64,000 nucleotides of DNA from NCBI RefSeq assembly GCF_009914755.1, contig NC_060927.1; one strand, given 5' to 3'. The position numbers and the translations under genes are program-made. Within the stretch, counting starts at the first letter, position 1; every line of letters starts with the position of its first letter. The notes beneath the pieces were generated by a model. The model ran no database searches. It was not told the origin of the DNA and saw only the letters and a program-made list of their open reading frames with translations. The DNA comes from the human T2T-CHM13v2.0 reference genome, Homo sapiens. Positions 14,095 to 28,322 of the stretch are shown here, piece by piece.

Positions 14095-15153
14095 TATTAT
14101 AAATAATTATATGCTAACAAATTGAATAACATAAAAGAAATGGATAAATCCCCAGATAAATGCAACCTGCCAAGATAAAATCACAAAGAGGTAGACAATC
14201 TGAACAGGCCAATAATAAGTAAGGAGATTGAATCAGTAATCAATAGTCTTCAATCAAAGAAAAGCCCAGTACCTGATTGCTTCACTTCTGAATTCCCGCC
14301 CCCACCAACTTAAAGAATAATGAATAATGAATACCGATTCTTCTCAAACTCAAAATGGAAGTGCAGAGGAAACTTCTGAACTCATTTTACAAGGCTAGCG
14401 TTATCCTGATAGGAGAACCAGTAAAGGACATGACAAAAAAAGAAAACTATTAAATAGTAGACAGTATGCCTAATTAGAGGAGCAAGACTCCTCAAGAAAA
14501 TATTAGGAAACCAAATTCAACACTGTCCTTCGAACAGAAAAAGAAAAAATATACTTCTCCTTTGTTGCCTTTTTCCATGTTGCTCTCCCCTTTTCTTTAT
14601 GGTTTTGTGACAACAAGTTATGTCTTAAGTTTCTGTGCATGTGGAATAAAAAGACGCTCACCTAGGATTTAGGAGACCTGTATTCTCTCATCCCCACTTC
14701 CTTTCTGCGTAATGATGGTCTTCCCTTTTTTAAAGAGGGAATCTGACCAGACAGAGATATATTCTCACATAATCCTTTTCTACTGTAATTGGTTTCCAAT
14801 TCAGGCTGCGTTGTTAGTATATCAGGGTTTAGCATACAGGATGTCACCCACATACTGTGGGGTCATATATACTGCTTGAATATATATAAAATAAGCAAAA
14901 ACAAAAATGAAATCAAATGGATGATTTCTGTGATGATAAATGTACCAGTTTAACTTTAGATGCCATCATGTCATTATATATTTCCCTATCATTCATGTGC
15001 AGGTAATATTTTTAATCTATGAGTAATCTATGAATCTATGTAATATTTTTAATCTATAGGTGTTTGACATATTCAATAAGCTTGGTAAAGCAAACAGACT
15101 TAGAAGTATATAATCCTAAGGCATGTTTCATATTAGCAGTAACAAAAAAACAG

Positions 15154-15482
<329 letters not shown>

Positions 15483-15729
15483 TTAAAAGTAAAAATTAGA
15501 AAGTGAATCAAATATGAATCAAATATGGCATTACAATAATGAGGGAAAAAATCGAAAAATCAATTTTCCACATCAAAGCAAGCATAGGGTGTAAAAATAC
15601 TTTCAGTCCCAGCATTCTAAACTTAGCTGCTTCCTGAGGTCTACTACAGCTCTCCCCTTCTGTATTTCCAATCTTCTTTTCCGCATATTCACTTTCCTTT
15701 TCTATCAAGTCATGTTTGTGGGTTACTAG

Positions 15730-16005
15730 AAGAGTCTGGGTGATTCAGCCTATGGAGAGAAGTTAGAGTGCGGATCCTACAGTCAGATTTTCTGAATTCA
15801 TATATTGAATCCACCCTTTCCTAACTGTGAACTCTTGGGCAATTCACTTGCCTCTCTGGGCCCTACTTTCTCATCTGTAAAAGGGCAGTATAGTAGTGAT
15901 GACTTCATTGTGTGATTGTGCAATTACATTCATTAATATATGGTAAGCTTTTGGACCCATGACTCACCTATGGTAAAACAGTCAATCCAGAGTTGCTATT
16001 ACTAT
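15730..16005. mobile_element. MIR
   Basis: MIR core CTCTGGGCCCTACTTTCTCATCTGTAAAAGGG. Confidence 0.65.
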
Positions 16006-16054
16006 TTTAGTTCAATTTGTAACTGCAAAAGATAGATATTTTATGTAGTTTTGT

Positions 16055-16225
16055 CTACTTCTCTTCCTTCCTTTCCTTTTTTCCCCTTTCCTTTTCTTTT
16101 TTCCACTTTCCCTTCCTTTCCTCTCCTCTTTCCTCTTTCTCCTTCCTTCCTTCCATCCTTCCTCCCTTCCTTCCTTCCTTCCTTCCTTCCTTCCTTCCTT
16201 CCTTCCTTCTCTTTTCCTTGTTTCT
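16055..16225. repeat. Polypyrimidine/(TTCC)n tract
   Basis: Direct reading of the sequence. Confidence 0.95.
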
Positions 16226-17007
16226 TCGTCACCTCTATCTGTACCACCTTATGGTCTTACGTGTGTCTTAGGAGACCTTCACTTAGTTACCACACGCTTT
16301 GGGTACATCCTTCTTGGTCAAGAAGGCCAGGTACCAGTCAGCTTGCTGAGCCTCTCTAGTGTCCAGGCTATGCTCATTGTAAGCTGCTTCAAGCTGCAGA
16401 GAGTGCCAGACACAGATTTCTTTAATCCTACCATCAGTAGGTCTAAATTCATTGCAACTAATACAATACTTGTTTCTCTAACCATGCCAACATTTTCTTG
16501 ACATCGTGTATGACCTCCTGTTATTTCTCAACAAAAGCTGGCAAGCACAACCTGGCTGGGGAAGTAAAACAGCCCAGCGGGCCACAAACTGCTGCTGAGT
16601 GCATCCATGCTTAAATGAACAGCACATTCCAAAGAGATCCAGAGAAGCTCAACTCAGAAGAAAAAATAAAAAGAATGCAAAATCCCTTACAGGAGAGAGT
16701 AATCCTCTAGGCCACTAGACTTCCATATTTATATTTCCTACATTGAAAACCAGAGTGACGTCTACTAAAAAATCCTTGACCATTCCTATTGTACTACCAT
16801 GCTTTGAAATGTCATTCTCACCTTTCCCCATCAGAATTTACCCTCACAAAAAGAATCACAAATGTCCTCTTGATGGAACAAGTCTCTAAAATCTTTGAAG
16901 TCTCTGCCAGCAACACCAAAAGAGGAAGCAGCCTGCCATATGTGTGAGTAAGTTTAGTTACAGCTCAGCTTGGGCTGAAATCGCACTGGGAAGACTGCTA
17001 CATAGGA

Positions 17008-17054
17008 TCAGGTTGGTGCAAAATTAATTGCGATTTTTGCAATTAAAAGTAATG
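17008..17054. mobile_element. MADE1 (Hsmar1 MITE) half element
   Basis: TcAGGTTGGTGCAAAAtTAATTGCGaTTTTTGCaATTAAAAGTAATG is one MADE1 TIR plus spacer. Confidence 0.8.
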
Positions 17055-17684
17055 TGTGAGGAAAGGTGGAGTTTGTTTAATTTCAAACACTTTAACTTTT
17101 CCTTTATGATTGCCGTGAAAACTTGGTATTTTAAACCCATTTTTCCATTCTATATCAAACTTTTCTATGAGCACAAGGTGAGGTTTTTGTTTGCTTCTAA
17201 AATATCAGATTTTCCTTGAATTCTTCTCTGACAGAATGGTGCAAGGAATATTAATGGAAAGAAAGTCCATTGACACGAACACGTTAGATGCCCCACAGTC
17301 TTTTAAGACATAGTTGTGGAACAGTACTCTTTCTAATCACTATCGTGAGACCGAGGGAGAAAGATGAATAATATCAAGAACTTCCCTGCTCTCAAGGAAC
17401 TCACACTCTAGTGAAAGTGATAGACATTAAACAAATTGATCACTACATAATGTAGGAATTGCTGTTAAGAAAATGTGCAAGGTTTTGTGGGAGAGAAAAA
17501 CATGAGAATCTAGTGTAATTTGAGTGTCATAAATAAAAAGACATAAGGAATTTTGGAGGAAAAGGTCGTGTCCAGTTGCAATCTATAAAAAAAGTAAGTC
17601 TAAAAACTAAAACTGCCATATGGCATTATTAATACATTTATGTATGAGTATAACATCCACATATTTCTGAATAAAACTAGCTTA

Positions 17685-17835
17685 GGAGAGGATCGGGAAA
17701 AATAACTAGTGGGTACTAGGCTTATTATCTGGGTGATGAAATAATTCGCACCACAAATCCCTATGACACACGTCTACCTTGGTAACAAACCTGCACATGT
17801 GCCCCTGAATGTAAAATTAAAGTTTTTTTTTAAAG
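17685..17835 (+). mobile_element. L1PA (older primate) 3' end fragment
   Basis: GGGTACTAGGCTTA.TA.CTGGGTGATGAAATAAT..AACAAACCTGCACATGT.CCCCTGAA. Confidence 0.85.
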
Positions 17836-20727
17836 ACTATTGTTCAAAGAAAAGCTAGTTTAAAAGAGGATGTAGTTTAATGTGTTTAGATTTAGTGTTC
17901 TGAAGGATCAGAGGCTCTTCTTGCTGTTTACTGAGCTACCAAAGAATAACTACTGACAATTCTCCTCAAGTCTGCAGAGGCCAAGGTGTTATTTTAAATT
18001 TTAATCTCTCCTGGTATTCTTCACTGTATTTAGCACAGACTTCAACATAGAGTAGGTATTAACAAATATCTGAATGATAGTGAGGACCAGTTACAAATGC
18101 TTGCACAAAGCTAGGAAAATAAGTTTAAAAATCAGAAGTGACATAAGTTGGCTCAGATGAAAAAGGATTAATCTATGAACTGATGATAAGGCTTGAAAAG
18201 GAACTTTTCTTGAAAACTAATTCCTGGATCTGAGCATTCACATTTTCTTGCATTCTGTAGCCAGAGAAGGAAAACTTGGGTATCTGGCCCTTGTTCCTTT
18301 CGTGAATACAAAACACTCACAGAGGTCTGCAATGAGTATTAATATAGGGGAAGTTAAGGCTTTGAGTGAAATGTTAAAATATGATGTTTATAATAAAATG
18401 TTCTCACTAAAGGACAATGGATTTAAACATATAAAATACTATGAGTCATAAGGCATTCATAAGCATGATAAAATGATAAATGATATTATTGCAAGCTTCA
18501 TCTGGAAAACTAGGTCTGTAGCTGTGCACTTTGGTCACATAACTTAATTTTCAAAGTTGAAGCTTGTTCATCTTGAATTGAAACTTCTAACATTTGAATT
18601 GTTTTCATACATCACTTTTTACATGCAGTTCTTCACTTAATTCTTGCAGCAATGCTTATGACAGATTTTTACTAACCTCATTTATGGATACAGAAAATGA
18701 AGACTCAGACTGTTTACTTGTTCAAGTTCATCTAAACAGAAAAAATGACAAAGACAGCACTCAAATTTTTGTCTTCTGATTCTAAATTTCATTCACATCC
18801 CAGTATATCATACATCTTCTGAATATCAGTTATATTGAATATATTTGAAAGTGTTTGCTAAATGGCGATATGTTGTATACATAAGAGGGACTATGTAATC
18901 ACTGAAAATCCATTTCATAATTAATTAGTGTATTGATTTTTCCTTTAGCAGTCCTTTTCTAAATGCCAATAAATGTTTTCATCACTAACCAAGGTACTAG
19001 AGGAATATGAGGAACTGCTTACAAGTGCCTCCTTATTTCACTGTTACATTTGATTGCACCCATTTGAATAAAAGTAGATCACTGTACACCGGTGTGCACT
19101 GACCTGGTTAATATACATGTAAATGACAGCTTTTTCAATGGAGTCGTTTAAAGATAAGCAGCAAATATTTATATTCCTTTAAAGTATTGTTCCAAAAACG
19201 ACAGCAGCAATTCACAGAAATAAGGCAGTTATTTGAGTTTAAAGCTTTGTTTTATTACCTGGACTGCATATAACTATAAGTTCACTCTTTGATGTATTTG
19301 CAATACTACAGAGTCTATTGAAGAACTCCGAGGGAAGGTGTTTGTTTGCATATGGGCAGTAAAACTTTTCTATCCAATAAAATCTGACACGGAACTTTTA
19401 AGTAACAAGCACACTGTTGATTAGGTTGGTTTGATTTTCTAATGATTACCAGCCCTATATTTGGACTAAACTCTAAAGTGTATTTAATGGTTAAAAATGA
19501 TCTGAATTAGCCGTCTATGTTGAAATTAAACAGCATTATTTTACAATTGAGGTAGTCAGTCTCAGAAAAGAAATATTTAATTATTTAGTATCAAATGTAA
19601 AGTGGTTACTTCTAGCTCTTTGCTTATACACTTTGCTTGCCAGCCTAATTTATTAAGCACTTTCACAGATATTTTTCCATAAAAGTACATTACATGCCTA
19701 TTTAGATAGATTAAATTATATAAAACTGAGAATATTAGACCATATTTGTCTTATATAAATTTTAAATGGTTCAACTTGATAGATAATCCTGCTAATGGGA
19801 GATCTGAAATGCACTCTTCCCTTTTCTACATTTAATCAAATCAATGTTCCCGTATTTTCAGGTGTCCTTATCAAACTGTTATACGACCTCATCCCTCTAA
19901 CCAATTCATGCAACAAAAAATATTTTTTGAAGGGAGATTGTGCTGAGATGACAACATCAATTTCCAATAAATGTAGTAATGGATAATGATATAGAAGACT
20001 CTACCCTACAAGATTAAGTATAATAGATAAAAATTCCAAATTATAAAAGACAAAGATACATTCAAATAGTTACTTAGATTTCATTAAAATACAGTATTTT
20101 GGTCAGATTATCAGCAGTATTGTGAACCCCCAAAGACACTGACAGTCAAAAAAATAAGCTTAGAGATGCTTAGAAGATATTACTAATTAGTAGTATTGAG
20201 TTTAGTATTTGCCTTTTTAATGTCTTGTCATATTTAATTTTATTTATTTCATTTTCAAAAGCTATGTTGAAGTTGGCAATATTTCTCATCTCTGCAATGA
20301 TTATTTTCCTCCTGTGACTATATTATTCATATTTTATGAGGCTCTAGCTTGGCCTAAGTAAGTTAGATCCCGAAGAATTCCAATCTTGATAGAGCAATTT
20401 TTCTGCCCTTTGCCGATCTTATTTCTGGCAGCATGGGGCTATTTCATCTTAGATAGATCAGTCTTAGTATAATGGGTAATGTTCATGAACTAAAATGGAA
20501 GTCACTGGACCAGGGCTGGAAAAGATGATCCATGACCAGACCGTTCTGACCTTCCGGAGTACTGTCTGCTGACCTACTTGGCAAGTTGAATTCACTCTTC
20601 TCATTCATGCATAGCTGCGGCCACTTAAACATTAAAGAGTTGGAACTCATTTCCTTCTCATTTTTTGACCTGAGTCAAAACTCTGTTGTTATTCCTTGAT
20701 CCAGAATGAGGGAGGATATGTAGGTAA

Positions 20728-21101
<374 letters not shown>

Positions 21102-21295
21102 AAATGGTGATCTGTTTTTAAAAATGGGGCCCAGTTCCATGTTTCTTTTTTCCGCATTCTATAAGGACATGTGAACATGGGGAATATCAGCTTAACCTGC
21201 AGTCAATAAGCACACATGAAGTCTTAACAGACATTTAGCACTTGTATATCCTCTTTCTAAGCCTTGAATGCCTTGTGTCTACCCTTAAAATATTC

Positions 21296-22505
21296 ATAAG
21301 GAGCTGGAGCAGGGAAGGCTGGTGAGAAAGAACGGAAAGAGGAAGGCTGGAGAGAGAGAGGTTAGAAAGGGAAAAGCTGGAGAGGGAGCGACTGGAACAA
21401 GAACAGCTGGAGAGCCAGAGAGAGAGACAAGAACAGGAACAGCAAACTCCTGAATCTGGAGAGGCAAGAAAGACAAGAAAGAGAGAGGCTAGAGAGACTG
21501 AAATGGGAGAGGCAAGAGAGGGAGCGACAAGAACAGTTAGAAAGGGAACAACTGGAATGGGAGAGAGAGCGCAGAATATCAAATGCTGCTGCCCCTGCCT
21601 CTGTTGAGACTCGTCTAAACTCTGTGCTGGGAGACTCTTCTGCTTCTGACCCAGGCTTGCAGGCAGCCTCTCAGCTGGCCGAGACTCCAGCCCAAAAGGG
21701 CATTGTCTTGGGACCTCTTGCACCTCCACCTCCTCCACCACTCCCACCAAGGCCCGCACAGGCTTCAGCAGCACTCCCTCCTCTTCCAGGGCCCCCTCCA
21801 CCGCCTCCATTCCCCATCCACTGGGCCTCCACTGGCCCCTTCTTCCCCCTCCTTTCCCTAATCAAATACCTCCTCCTCCTCCACCGCCTCCTGTCCGGCC
21901 CCTCCCTGCATCTGGATTCTTTTGGGGATCCATGTCAGAAGACAATCGCCCTTTAACTGCACCTGCAGCTGCAATTGCAGGAGCAAAACTTAGGAAAGTG
22001 TCACGGATGGGGGATGCCTCTTTCCCAAGCAGAGGGAATGCTACTGGTGTGAACTCGGCCTCATCTAAAACAGATACAGGCCTACAGGCCATGGAAATGG
22101 ACTCCTTCCTTTAGGTGGTAGTGGTTTAGTGAAATAAATGAGTGCCCTGCTGCCAGGAGGAAAAGAATTGCTGAAAAGGGATCAAAAATAGAAACAGAAG
22201 AAAAAGGACAAAGGTGAAGATTCAGAGCTTGTAACTTCTAAGGCCTCTTCAACAAGTACACCTGAACCAACAAGGAAACCTTGGGAAAGAACGAATACAA
22301 TGAATGGCAGCAAGTCACATGTTATCTCCAAACCAAAATCCACACCCTTATTACAGCCCAGTGGCAATGGAGTCCAGATGGAAGGACTTAACTACCACAG
22401 GCTGAAGCAGGACATCTTAGATGAAATGAAAAAGGAATGAACAAAGCTAAAAGAAGAGCTCATTGATGCAATCAGGCAGACACTGAGCAAGTCAAATACT
22501 GCATG
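21296..22505 (+). pseudogene. ENAH (Mena) processed pseudogene, CDS-derived part, 5'-truncated (no EVH1 domain)
   Basis: Intronless LERER repeats, then AAPASVET..LGDSSASDPGLQAASQ, the polyproline region, MSEDNRPLT..AAAIAGAKLRKVSR (EVH2) and ..RLKQDILDEM..LKEELIDAIRQ.LSKSNTA. Disabled by TAA 22135-22137, TGA 22438-22440, a TACAGGCC duplication at about 22075-22090 and other frameshifts. Confidence 0.93.
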
Positions 22506-23571
22506 CAGAAACAGAGTAAGGTGAGATAGGACTTTAATCTGGAGGAAAAAAAAATCCTACTAACCGCAACTGTTCACAACAGCAAACCTCTACATTTTAT
22601 GAGCTGTGAGAAGAAAATGGAGACAAACAGAAGGAGGGAAAAATCAACCTACTCTGAAAGTCTTCAGATATTATGACTCTGGCGATAAGCTCTTTCCCTC
22701 ACAGTTGGCTGCTTTTTTCTGGCCTTTACAACAGAATGGAAGAGAATCATATAAGAATTCCTGTAACAGTTACGCAGAAAATACTAAAACCCATCAGGCA
22801 AGATCACTGTACATTGAAATATTTTCATGTCAAGATAAAATTGCACATTTTCCACAATTCAGTGCTAAAATAAAGAGGAGGAAAGCTTAGAAAGTTTTTT
22901 TTGCAGAGAGTGCTGATAAAGAATTGAGCAAGTTTGCTATTGTATTGTAATGTTTCTCTCAGGTTTGTTCTTCCTATCATGTGTGATATTCCATCAATAA
23001 TTGAGATCAGCCCTATGTAAGTTAAGATCATAATATGTGGAACAAATAGAATTGTAAGTGCTTTGAAAGGGTAATATTTATAAGAAAGTGTCCTAAATTT
23101 GTTCAGCTTGACGGATTTTAGAATGATGGGAAGTCTCTTGTTAGCCTTCGTGCAATTTTGTAGATTAAAACATAAACTTTGTCCAGAATGTAAAGATTTA
23201 GACGCCTTCCTAAATGGTTACAATGCATTACCACATCTAAAGACTTCTACGTAACACAAACTGGTGATCAAATGTAAACACTATATTGTAGACTTACTGT
23301 AGGTTTTCCACCTTTTAGGCTTATGCATGTGAACATTTTTATAATGTAATTACAATCACCACGAAGTTAGCTTTTTAAATTGCTAATGCATGTGACCCTA
23401 ATATGTAGTGGCCTTTTCAAGGCCTAGTTCCAGAGAAAACATTTTGTAGAGTATAGGGGGTGGGAGGAAGTGAAGAAATAATTTTTTATTTAAAGTTGAT
23501 TTCTGCACTATCTTTTTCTCAATTAGCTGCATGAATAATAATGAAGAATATTTTGTGACTTTAATTGGTAA

Positions 23572-23787
<216 letters not shown>

Positions 23788-24237
23788 TGAAACATGATTT
23801 TGAGCTTCACATAGTATCTTACTGTGGAACTCCAAAGTTTGATCACTGAATTTGGCAGTTATTACCTAGGTACCCCTGCTGTTACACAGGTGTTTAGACA
23901 CAGGTTCCTGAATGAAGCTGCTTTTGAATTTTGTTATGTTGAAATAAAAAAAAAAACAATGATGGCAGCAATTAAGGCCACAGAAATCATTAGGTAAAGG
24001 AAAACCAATGGGGAGTTCTGCAATTTTCTTTTAATAAGTAAAGTGAGACTTGGGTTGTGGGAAGAAAGAATTAGACACTCTACCTGCCACCCTGCGTGTG
24101 TGTGCACTCGTGCACGTGCTGTCTATATGGAAGTCACTCCCTTTTCTTTTCTTTGAAATGGGTAAGATTAAAATAGAGGAGAAATCCTATATGTTGCAAT
24201 GACACCTTTTTGGAAAATTTAAGAAATCAAACTCTCC

Positions 24238-24565
24238 GGCCAGGCACGGTGGCTCATGCCTGTAATCCCAGCACTTTGGGAGGCCGAGACGGGTGGATCA
24301 CGAGGTCAGGAGAGCGATAACATCCTGGCTAACATGGTGAAACCCCGTCTCTACTAAAAATAGAAAAAAAAAAAAAAAGAAAAAAAAATTAGCCGGGTGT
24401 GGTGGTGGATGCCTGTACTCCCAGCTACCCGGGAGGCTGGAGAATGGCGTGAACCCGGGAAGTGGAGCTTGCAGTGAGCCGAGATCACGCCATTGCCCTC
24501 CAGCCTGGGCGACAGAGAGAGACTCGGTCTCAAAAAAAAAAAAAAAAAAAAAAAGAGAGAGAGAA
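24238..24565 (+). mobile_element. AluY
   Basis: Y-type diagnostics (GGAGAATGGCGTGAACCCGGG, GAGCTTGCAGTG); perfect 17-bp TSD AAGAAATCAAACTCTCC at 24221-24237 and 24566-24582; expanded middle A tract. Confidence 0.95.
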
Positions 24566-25684
24566 AAGAAATCAAACTCTCCATGCTCTCTATCTTGATT
24601 TATGCTTGAGTTATGTGCCATATTTGCTTTGAACTCTGATTATCAAAAGTTTTACTAAAATTTTAAAGAAATAATTCACTTTCATCTGCTTTCTAGATTT
24701 GTACCTCTCAGTTCATAAAGTAAAGCTTGTTGACAGTGCAGTTTTCTAAATGCTACAAATTTGCAGCTATTACCACTACAAAGAAGTTTGGATAAGGGAT
24801 TTTTTTCTCTGTTAAAATAGTTCCTGTTTCTGTAGAAATTTCATTTTTAGATCAAACTGTGATGCATGAGCTATCATAATTCAAGTAAACATTTCCTTTT
24901 TTCTATCAGATATTCATTGTCATGCAGTAGTAGTAAAAACATCAAAGATGCAGCAAGCTTATGAAGTACTACTTTCTAAAAGAAATAGGAGGCATTTTCA
25001 TCTTTATTATTGTACTTTCGGTTATGCAAACATTTTGATAATATAAACAGTTATGTCCCCTATAAATCTGGTCTTTCGATTTTGTTGGGTAAGTTAAATA
25101 GTAGGTACAGCACTGGGTACAAGTGGTCCAAACTAAGATAAGAGACTAAAATAAAATTCTAAATCTTAAAAGAAACTAGGTTTATGCACTAAACATTTTG
25201 TGCCTTCATCTAATATTAACATGATGTCTGTGTAAAATGACAAAAAGAACCAGTGTTGAATCACGCTATATTTTCCATCATCCCAGATTGCTAAATGTAT
25301 TCTTTCCAAGAAGTCTGAATGAATTATTATATACATTTGCTGTAATGTATACATGGCAGTTGTGTCATTGTTAGAGATTTCAGGAATTAAAATGGGAAAC
25401 AGAAGCTTAAGTTATTTTCCTTATCAAAACTGTGTTCCTTGGAACCACATTATTATGATGATTTTTGTTCTCTTGTACATTGGATGTCTTAAACTGAGTA
25501 CGGTTTAGGGGATCCTTTCTAATTACAGGAAGGTATGCTTTCCTCAACATTGTGATTTGACCTGTGACAAATCTGTACTATCCGTTCTGTACATGGCTCC
25601 CAAGTCAATTGCAAACAAACTGAATGGTGCTGGTGCTGAAATCTCTGCAGAATAGTCATCATGATTGAAAAGTTGGTTTAAAAA

Positions 25685-26125
25685 CTTGAGGGACTGTTGA
25701 AGGGCATGACTGTGTTTTGAAATGTGAGGACATGAGATTTGGGAGGGGCCAGGGGCAGAATGATATGGTTTGGCTCTGTGTCCCCACTCAAATCTCGCCT
25801 TGAATTGTAATTCCCATAATCCCCATGTGTCAAGGGCAGGACCAGATGGAGGTAATTGAATCATTGGGATGGTTTCTCCCATCCTGTTCTCATCATAATG
25901 AGTGAGTTTCACAAGATCTGATGGTTTTATAAGGGTCTGTTCATTTCCCCTGCTGGTGCACTCATTCTCTCTCCTACTGCCCTGCGAAGAGGTGCCTTCT
26001 GCCATGATTGTAAGTCTCCTGAGGGCTCCTCAGCCATGCAGAACTGTGAGTTGATTAAACCTCTTTTCTTTATAAATTGCCAGTCTTGGGTATTTCTTTT
26101 AACAGTGTGAGAACAAACTGATACA
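25685..26125 (+). mobile_element. THE1 (THE1D-like) 3' LTR (25761-26125) with about 75 bp of internal sequence/PPT
   Basis: GACATGAGATTTGGGAGGGGCCAGGGGCAGAA|TGATATGGTTTGGCTCTGTGTCCCC...GAGAACAAACTGATACA. Confidence 0.88.
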
Positions 26126-26129
26126 AGTG

Positions 26130-27940
26130 GGGAAGGTAAAGTGAAAAGTTCTGGTTCTGTTCCTCATCCACATTCCTAGACAAGATAATACACCAAAACC
26201 TCCCTACAGGAGTGGACATGAAATGTGAAAGTTTGTGGGATTTTTTTTTTGTATTACAAGTTAACACTCATCAGAGGAAAACTACCATTGTCGCAGTCCC
26301 ATCGACACTGCAGTGCAGCACAACGGGCTCATAAGTGGAGTAGGCCTGATGGAGGAGATGGAAACTTAAACTATCATAAACCCAGCAATATGGGCTTCAA
26401 ATTTCTAGCTGTTGCTTAATATCAATCTGCTATCAACAGAGACCATATGACCCTGCCCCATTTCTTAAGCAGATCAATCCGTTATTTTCTTTTAAGATGT
26501 TTACATTGAACCCCTTACATCAGAAAGGAACAGCAACTCATTTTGACTGAAATAGACAAATATTGAAGAATAGGCCTGCCTTCTAGTTCTCAGGGTTTTG
26601 ATCAGCACCACTATTTAAGAATTTATAGAGTTTTGATGTATCACTTATGATTCTGCATAATACCATCTCAGAACAAGGAAGCTACTTTATGCCAAAAAAA
26701 AAAAAAGGTATGGAAGTGGGCATATCACATGCCCTCCCATCCTAAATCTGCCAACTTGATAGAGTAGATGCAAATAAGGCACCAACTTGGAGTTGATAGC
26801 CTACAAAGATGATATGCTATCCTCCAGGATGGGGTTTACACCCTAAATCAATGACCATTTTATGGTACTATGCTTCCATTACATAGAATATGTGAGTCCC
26901 ATATCAAAAATGGGAGATAAGAGTGGCCCCACTTACTCACTCCATTAACTCACTGGGAGGACTTGTGCCTTAGTCTCTGTTGGCCTAGCGGCCCTATTCC
27001 TGGGGAGAAACTCCTTTACCAGCACCACAGTAACAGTCCCATAGAACTTTAAGCTAAAGTTGCCACCAAGTCATTTGGGCTCTTTATGCTAACAGTGTAG
27101 CAGATAAGGGAAAGGATCATTACATTGGCATGAGTAGTTGATCCTGGTCATCAGGAGGAGGATTGGCTACTGTTACATAACAGTTATAAGGAGGAAATGC
27201 TTGGCATTTGTTTGGCCCACTGGAGCAATTCTTGGTGCCTTTTTGCACAATTTGATGCTAAATGGACAAGTACATAAGACACAGCCTGAAAAGATCATGG
27301 TGACCAGGGCCTCAGATTACAACAGGGTTATTACTTGTGTCACTACCACATAAGTTACCCAGACAAGCAGAGGTGTTAGTTGAAATTAAGTGTACCTAGA
27401 ATGGATTATGAACAAAAATAATGACTATCACTTGCAGTCGTAAGATGAACTGCCACGTGGGCCCTGCTGTTTGTCACATTAAAATTATTCTTGCCAGGCG
27501 TGGTGGCTCACACCTGTAATCCCAGCACTTTGGGAGGCCGAGGTGGGTGGATCATGAGGTCAGGAGATCGAGACCATGCTGGCTAACACAGTGAAACCCC
27601 ATCTCTACTAAAAATACAAAAATAAAAATTAGCTGGGCGTGGTGGTGGGCACCTGTAGTCCCAGCTACTTGGGAGGCTGAGGAGGAGAATGGCATGAACC
27701 CAGGAGGCAGAGGTTGCAGTGAGTGGAGATCGCGCCACTGCACTCCAGCCTAGGTGAGAGAGTGAGACTCTGTCTCTCTGTCTCAAAAAAATAAATAAAA
27801 TAAAATAAAATAATTCTTACAGGTTTATCCAGAAAAAAAACAAAGATCAACCAAAATACTGCAAGAGTTGCTCCCAGGTGGGATGAACTTACCACTGAAG
27901 CAAGTAGAGCTGAGAAGCTCACAGAGTACATTACCAGGAA
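26130..27940 (+). mobile_element. Degenerate class III ERV (ERVL/ERV3-16A3-like) internal region: integrase and dUTPase remnants
   Basis: Broken-frame similarity to IEPL..K..Q.ILTEID, STTI and SEQGSYF.K (integrase) and to NFKLKLPPSHLG..GI.TLA.VVDPGHQEE (ERVL dUTPase). Confidence 0.65.
27493..27812 (+). mobile_element. Alu (AluY/Sc8-like)
   Basis: Full dimer with (TAAAA)n tail; TSD approximately TAAAATWATTCTT. Confidence 0.92.
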
Positions 27941-27943
27941 TAT

Positions 27944-28322
27944 TGTGTTACACCACCTAGAACCTGTTTCATGATGAAGGTACTTACTCCCTCAGATGCC
28001 AGGTGTATAGACTCCTGAGCTCTTCCTCAGGAACCGACTTCAGTTTAAGAGAGCTGCCCCCCTCAAGGTTAATCCCACTTCCAAAGTCAAGGTCCAAAGC
28101 CTGGCCCTTTGCCTTAATTCTGAAGAGCCATCTCAGTTTCAGAACTCTCCATGGAGTTGGCTGAGGGCTTTGTTTTGACGGTATCATTGATCAATTTTTC
28201 TCTTTTCTAAACTTGCCCATATTCCTTTAGATACGCTGTTCCTGAGAGCACGCCTCTGAAAATCTCTTGCATGTATATCTGTCTATCTGAATCATTTTTC
28301 CTAAAGAAGATAACTTAGGACA
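27944..28322 (+). mobile_element. LTR16-family LTR (3' LTR of the ERVL remnant)
   Basis: GAGCCATCTCAG..CAGAACTCTCCATGGAGTTGGCTGAGG..TGTTCCTGAGAGCAC..AACTTAGGACA. Confidence 0.6.

Noticed and set aside
16041-16359. KEGR-repeat and PSFL-repeat ORFs
   Set aside because: Translations of the (TTCC)n microsatellite.
21235-21810. 191-aa ATG-initiated minus-strand ORF with hydrophobic, Ser/Leu-rich stretches
   Set aside because: It is the antisense reading of the ENAH LERER and proline repeats, whose purine bias suppresses stops on the opposite strand. There is no promoter or splice support. Only Ribo-seq or proteomics evidence would revive it.
21624-22114. Plus-strand ORFs encoding ENAH fragments as a functional retrogene
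   Set aside because: EVH1 domain absent, multiple frameshifts and stops; the fragments are short.
25544-26005. 153-aa minus-strand ORF
   Set aside because: Antisense reading of the THE1 LTR; typical repeat-derived ORF.
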